Shown here piece by piece: positions 61,784 to 64,000 of a DNA stretch of 64,000 bases. The stretch comes from Pseudomonadota bacterium (GTDB lineage: Bacteria; Pseudomonadota; Gammaproteobacteria; GCA-002705445; GCA-002716945), in assembly GCA_036140295.1 (NCBI GenBank), contig JAYZYL010000007.1:36459-100458 (forward strand), read 5' to 3'. A program made the position numbers and the translations under genes. The notes beneath the pieces are model-generated. The model saw only the letters and a list, made by a program, of their open reading frames with translations, did no database searches and had not been told where the DNA came from. Position 1 is the stretch's first letter, and the number at the start of each line of letters is the position of its first letter.

Positions 61784-62845
61784 CTATTTGGTAACTTGTG
61801 CTCTCTGACGAAGTAATAAATCACAAAGTACTAAAGCCATCATTGCTTCTGCTATTGGAGTAGCTCTAATACCAACACAAGGGTCGTGTCTACCTTTTGT
61901 AGAAATGATTGTTTTTTTATTTTTTGTTGTTACTGTTTCTCCAGGAATCAAAATGCTTGAGGTTGGTTTCAATGCCATTTTAACGACTATATCTTGTCCA
62001 GTAGAAATCCCTCCTAAAGTACCTCCAGAATTGTTTGACTTAAACCCTTTTGGCGTAATTTCATCTCTACATTCCGAACCTTTTTGTGCCACAACATTAA
62101 ATCCACTTCCAATTTCAACACCCTTTACAGCATTGATGGACATCATTGCAGATGCCAATAGTGCATCAAGTTTATCAAATACAGGATTGCCTAATCCTGC
62201 CGGAACATTTTCTGCCACAATAGTAACTTCAGCACCAATAGAATCTCCACTTTTTCTTATTCCATTGATATATTTCTCCAAAATTGGAATCATTTTTTTA
62301 TCTGGAAAGAAGAAAGGGTTTTTTTCAATATCCTTATAATTAATTTTTTGCGGCTTATGCTCTCCTATTTGTGATACATAGCCAAAAATATTTATTTTAG
62401 AATCTTCTTTAAGATATTTTTTAGCAATAGCTCCGCCAGCTACTCTCGCTACTGTTTCTCTAGCAGATGATCTACCTGCTCCTCTATAATCTCTAAATCC
62501 ATACTTCTTTGTGTATGCAAAATCAGCATGCCCTGGTCTAAATTTTTCTTTAATTTCTGAATAATCTCTTGGCTTCTGATCTTCGTTCGCAATTAATAAA
62601 CAAATTGGAGTGCCGGTTGTTTTTCCTTCAAATACACCAGACAATATCTCAACTTTATCGCTCTCTTTCCTTTGCGAAGTATATTTTGATTTTCCAGGTT
62701 TTCTCCTATTTAGGTCATGTTGTATATCAGATTCATTAAGTTTTAAGCCTGGCGGACAACCATCAACTACACATCCAAGTGCTTTACCATGACTTTCACC
62801 AAATGAAGTGAGACAAAATATTTTTCCAAATGTGTTACCTGACAT
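61784..62845 (-). CDS. aroC: Chorismate synthase
   Basis: 353-aa ORF with [28 protein letters not shown] and [10 protein letters not shown] motifs. Confidence 0.96.
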   Translation of the reverse strand: MSGNTFGKIFCLTSFGESHGKALGCVVDGCPPGLKLNESDIQHDLNRRKPGKSKYTSQRKESDKVEILSGVFEGKTTGTPICLLIANEDQKPRDYSEIKEKFRPGHADFAYTKKYGFRDYRGAGRSSARETVARVAGGAIAKKYLKEDSKINIFGYVSQIGEHKPQKINYKDIEKNPFFFPDKKMIPILEKYINGIRKSGDSIGAEVTIVAENVPAGLGNPVFDKLDALLASAMMSINAVKGVEIGSGFNVVAQKGSECRDEITPKGFKSNNSGGTLGGISTGQDIVVKMALKPTSSILIPGETVTTKNKKTIISTKGRHDPCVGIRATPIAEAMMALVLCDLLLRQRAQVTK

Positions 62846-62956
62846 AATTAGGGCTGTTGATTAAGAATGAAATAATTAGCAAATGCTTAATAAATATCAT
62901 ATATTTAATCTACTATTATATAATAAATATTAGAATTTTGGAATATTTGCGAACTT

Positions 62957-63556
62957 ATGAAAAATTTTTATCTGTTTTTAGGAATCTTGATGCTTATTTT
63001 TATTGGATTATCTCTAAATACACCTCAAGAGGAAACCTCATATACTGAATTAAAGCCAAATGTATCTTTCTTTCATGAAGACTTATCTGCACAATCAACT
63101 ATAAATAAAATATTCACTCACAAAGATTTCCTTAATAAAACCAGCTTAGTATTTTTTGGTTATACCAGATGCCCTGATTTTTGCCCCAATACTTTAATGC
63201 AATTAAGCAAAGTTCATAAGGAATTAAATGAATCTAAGAGTGTTGATACAACTAAATTACAAATTATTTTTATCTCTGTTGACACAAAAAATGATGATAT
63301 TTCATCTATAGAAAAGTACGTGCAATATTTTGATAAACATTTCATCGGGTTAAGATTAAATGAAACTAGTTTAGATGCTCTTGCTAAATCAGCAGGTGTC
63401 TACTATAAAAAGGTTTCTGAAACACAAGGTATTGATATATATGATCACACTGGAACAATTTTTATAATTGATGATTTAGGGAAAACCAAAGGAGTTTTTA
63501 CTCCTCCTTTTCTAGAGTCTGCACTAAAGTTAGATATAATTCAGCTTTTAAATTAA
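62957..63556 (+). CDS. SCO1/SenC copper chaperone (thioredoxin fold)
   Basis: 199-aa ORF with an N-terminal TM segment (LFLGILMLIFIGL), the CxxxC copper site FGYTRCPDFCP, and a downstream His in IYDHTG. Confidence 0.88.
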   Translation: MKNFYLFLGILMLIFIGLSLNTPQEETSYTELKPNVSFFHEDLSAQSTINKIFTHKDFLNKTSLVFFGYTRCPDFCPNTLMQLSKVHKELNESKSVDTTKLQIIFISVDTKNDDISSIEKYVQYFDKHFIGLRLNETSLDALAKSAGVYYKKVSETQGIDIYDHTGTIFIIDDLGKTKGVFTPPFLESALKLDIIQLLN

Positions 63557-63557
63557 T

Positions 63558-64000
63558 ATGAAGGGTTTATCATTTGCTACAATATTAGATTACCTTAAAG
63601 CGTATTGGCTTTTTTTCATTCCTCATCATTTTTTTTCTAGGTTCACATATCTTATTACAAGAACTCAACATCCTTTTAAAAATTTTTTGATAAAAACTTA
63701 TATAAAAATGTTCAATGTCAATATGTCTGAATGCATAAAACCCCTTCCTGATGATTATGAGACATTTTGTGATTTCTTTACAAGAAAACTCAAAAATGGA
63801 ATTCACAAAATTGATAATAAGAAGAATTCAATTATCTCATCATGTGATGGAAAAATTCTTGAGTTTGGAAAGATTAAAGATAATACAATCGTTCAAGTCA
63901 AAGGAAAAACAACAAATATAAATAGTTTATTAAATGATGATATGAATCTAAGTTCAAAATATCAAAATGGTTCATATGCTGTTATTTATTTAGCTCCACA
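63558..64000 (+). CDS. psd: Phosphatidylserine decarboxylase proenzyme (N-terminal part; runs off window end)
   Basis: Hand translation from the ATG at 63558 gives MKGLSFATILDYLKAYWLFFIPHHFFSRFTYLITR...YETFCDFFTRKLK...SSCDGKILEFGKI...NGSYAVIYLAP. This parallels the E. coli Psd N-terminus as I recall it. There is no stop before the window end. Confidence 0.85.
   Translation, partial: MKGLSFATILDYLKAYWLFFIPHHFFSRFTYLITRTQHPFKNFLIKTYIKMFNVNMSECIKPLPDDYETFCDFFTRKLKNGIHKIDNKKNSIISSCDGKILEFGKIKDNTIVQVKGKTTNINSLLNDDMNLSSKYQNGSYAVIYLAP

Noticed and set aside
60396-62792. A series of + strand ORFs (60-182 aa) lies antisense to leuC and aroC.
   Set aside because: The reasoning is the same. leuC and aroC are unambiguous, and the antisense products have no recognisable features.
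62857-63048. A 63-aa + strand ORF lies in the aroC/SCO1 divergent spacer and overlaps the SCO1 start.
   Set aside because: Its I/Y/N-rich translation is typical of AT-rich spacer DNA. It overlaps the better-supported SCO1 ORF in another frame and has no RBS.
63585-63806. A 73-aa - strand ORF lies near the window end.
   Set aside because: It lies antisense inside the psd coding region, whose hand translation matches the Psd N-terminus.

Overview
This is a strongly AT-rich (about 70% A+T by eye, not computed), extremely gene-dense 64-kb stretch of a gammaproteobacterial chromosome. I call 67 protein genes (hflC and psd are cut by the window edges), one tRNA-Leu(CAA), one clear bidirectional intrinsic terminator, one in-frame hexanucleotide microsatellite, and a few low-confidence promoter/operator candidates. 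By my hand tally only about 1.3 kb is intergenic, and many neighbouring genes overlap by 1-29 nt. All content is housekeeping. It includes hflKC-hfq-miaA-tsaE-nnr, rluC/rne, mltF, dapD, ligA, smc, queF, the der-bamB-yfgM-hisS-ndk run, the isc operon, trmJ, secDF-yajC-tgt-queA, pyrF-lapBA-ihfB-rpsA-cmk-aroA-tyrA-hisC-pheA-gyrA, ubiG plus a HAD phosphatase, the purF-cvpA-dedD-folC-accD-trpABF-truA-fimV-asd-leuBDC-aroC run, a SCO1 homologue and psd. Gene order is collinear with the conserved Pseudomonas-type blocks as I remember them, but individual genes are missing at seamless junctions. This fits a streamlined, small-genome gammaproteobacterium (a SAR86-like marine oligotroph is a guess only). 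I see no rRNA, CRISPR, transposase, integrase, phage, toxin-antitoxin or recognisable defence genes, and no accessory island. I therefore cannot honestly nominate a novel multi-gene system here. The signals worth a second look are reductive or architectural: an isc operon without iscU, a 942-aa SMC with no recognisable hinge, a miniaturised RNase E behind the only long leader, a 279-aa FimV remnant carrying a (KP)9 microsatellite, tail-to-tail gene overlaps, a tRNA embedded in an mRNA unit, and a few small uncharacterised proteins.
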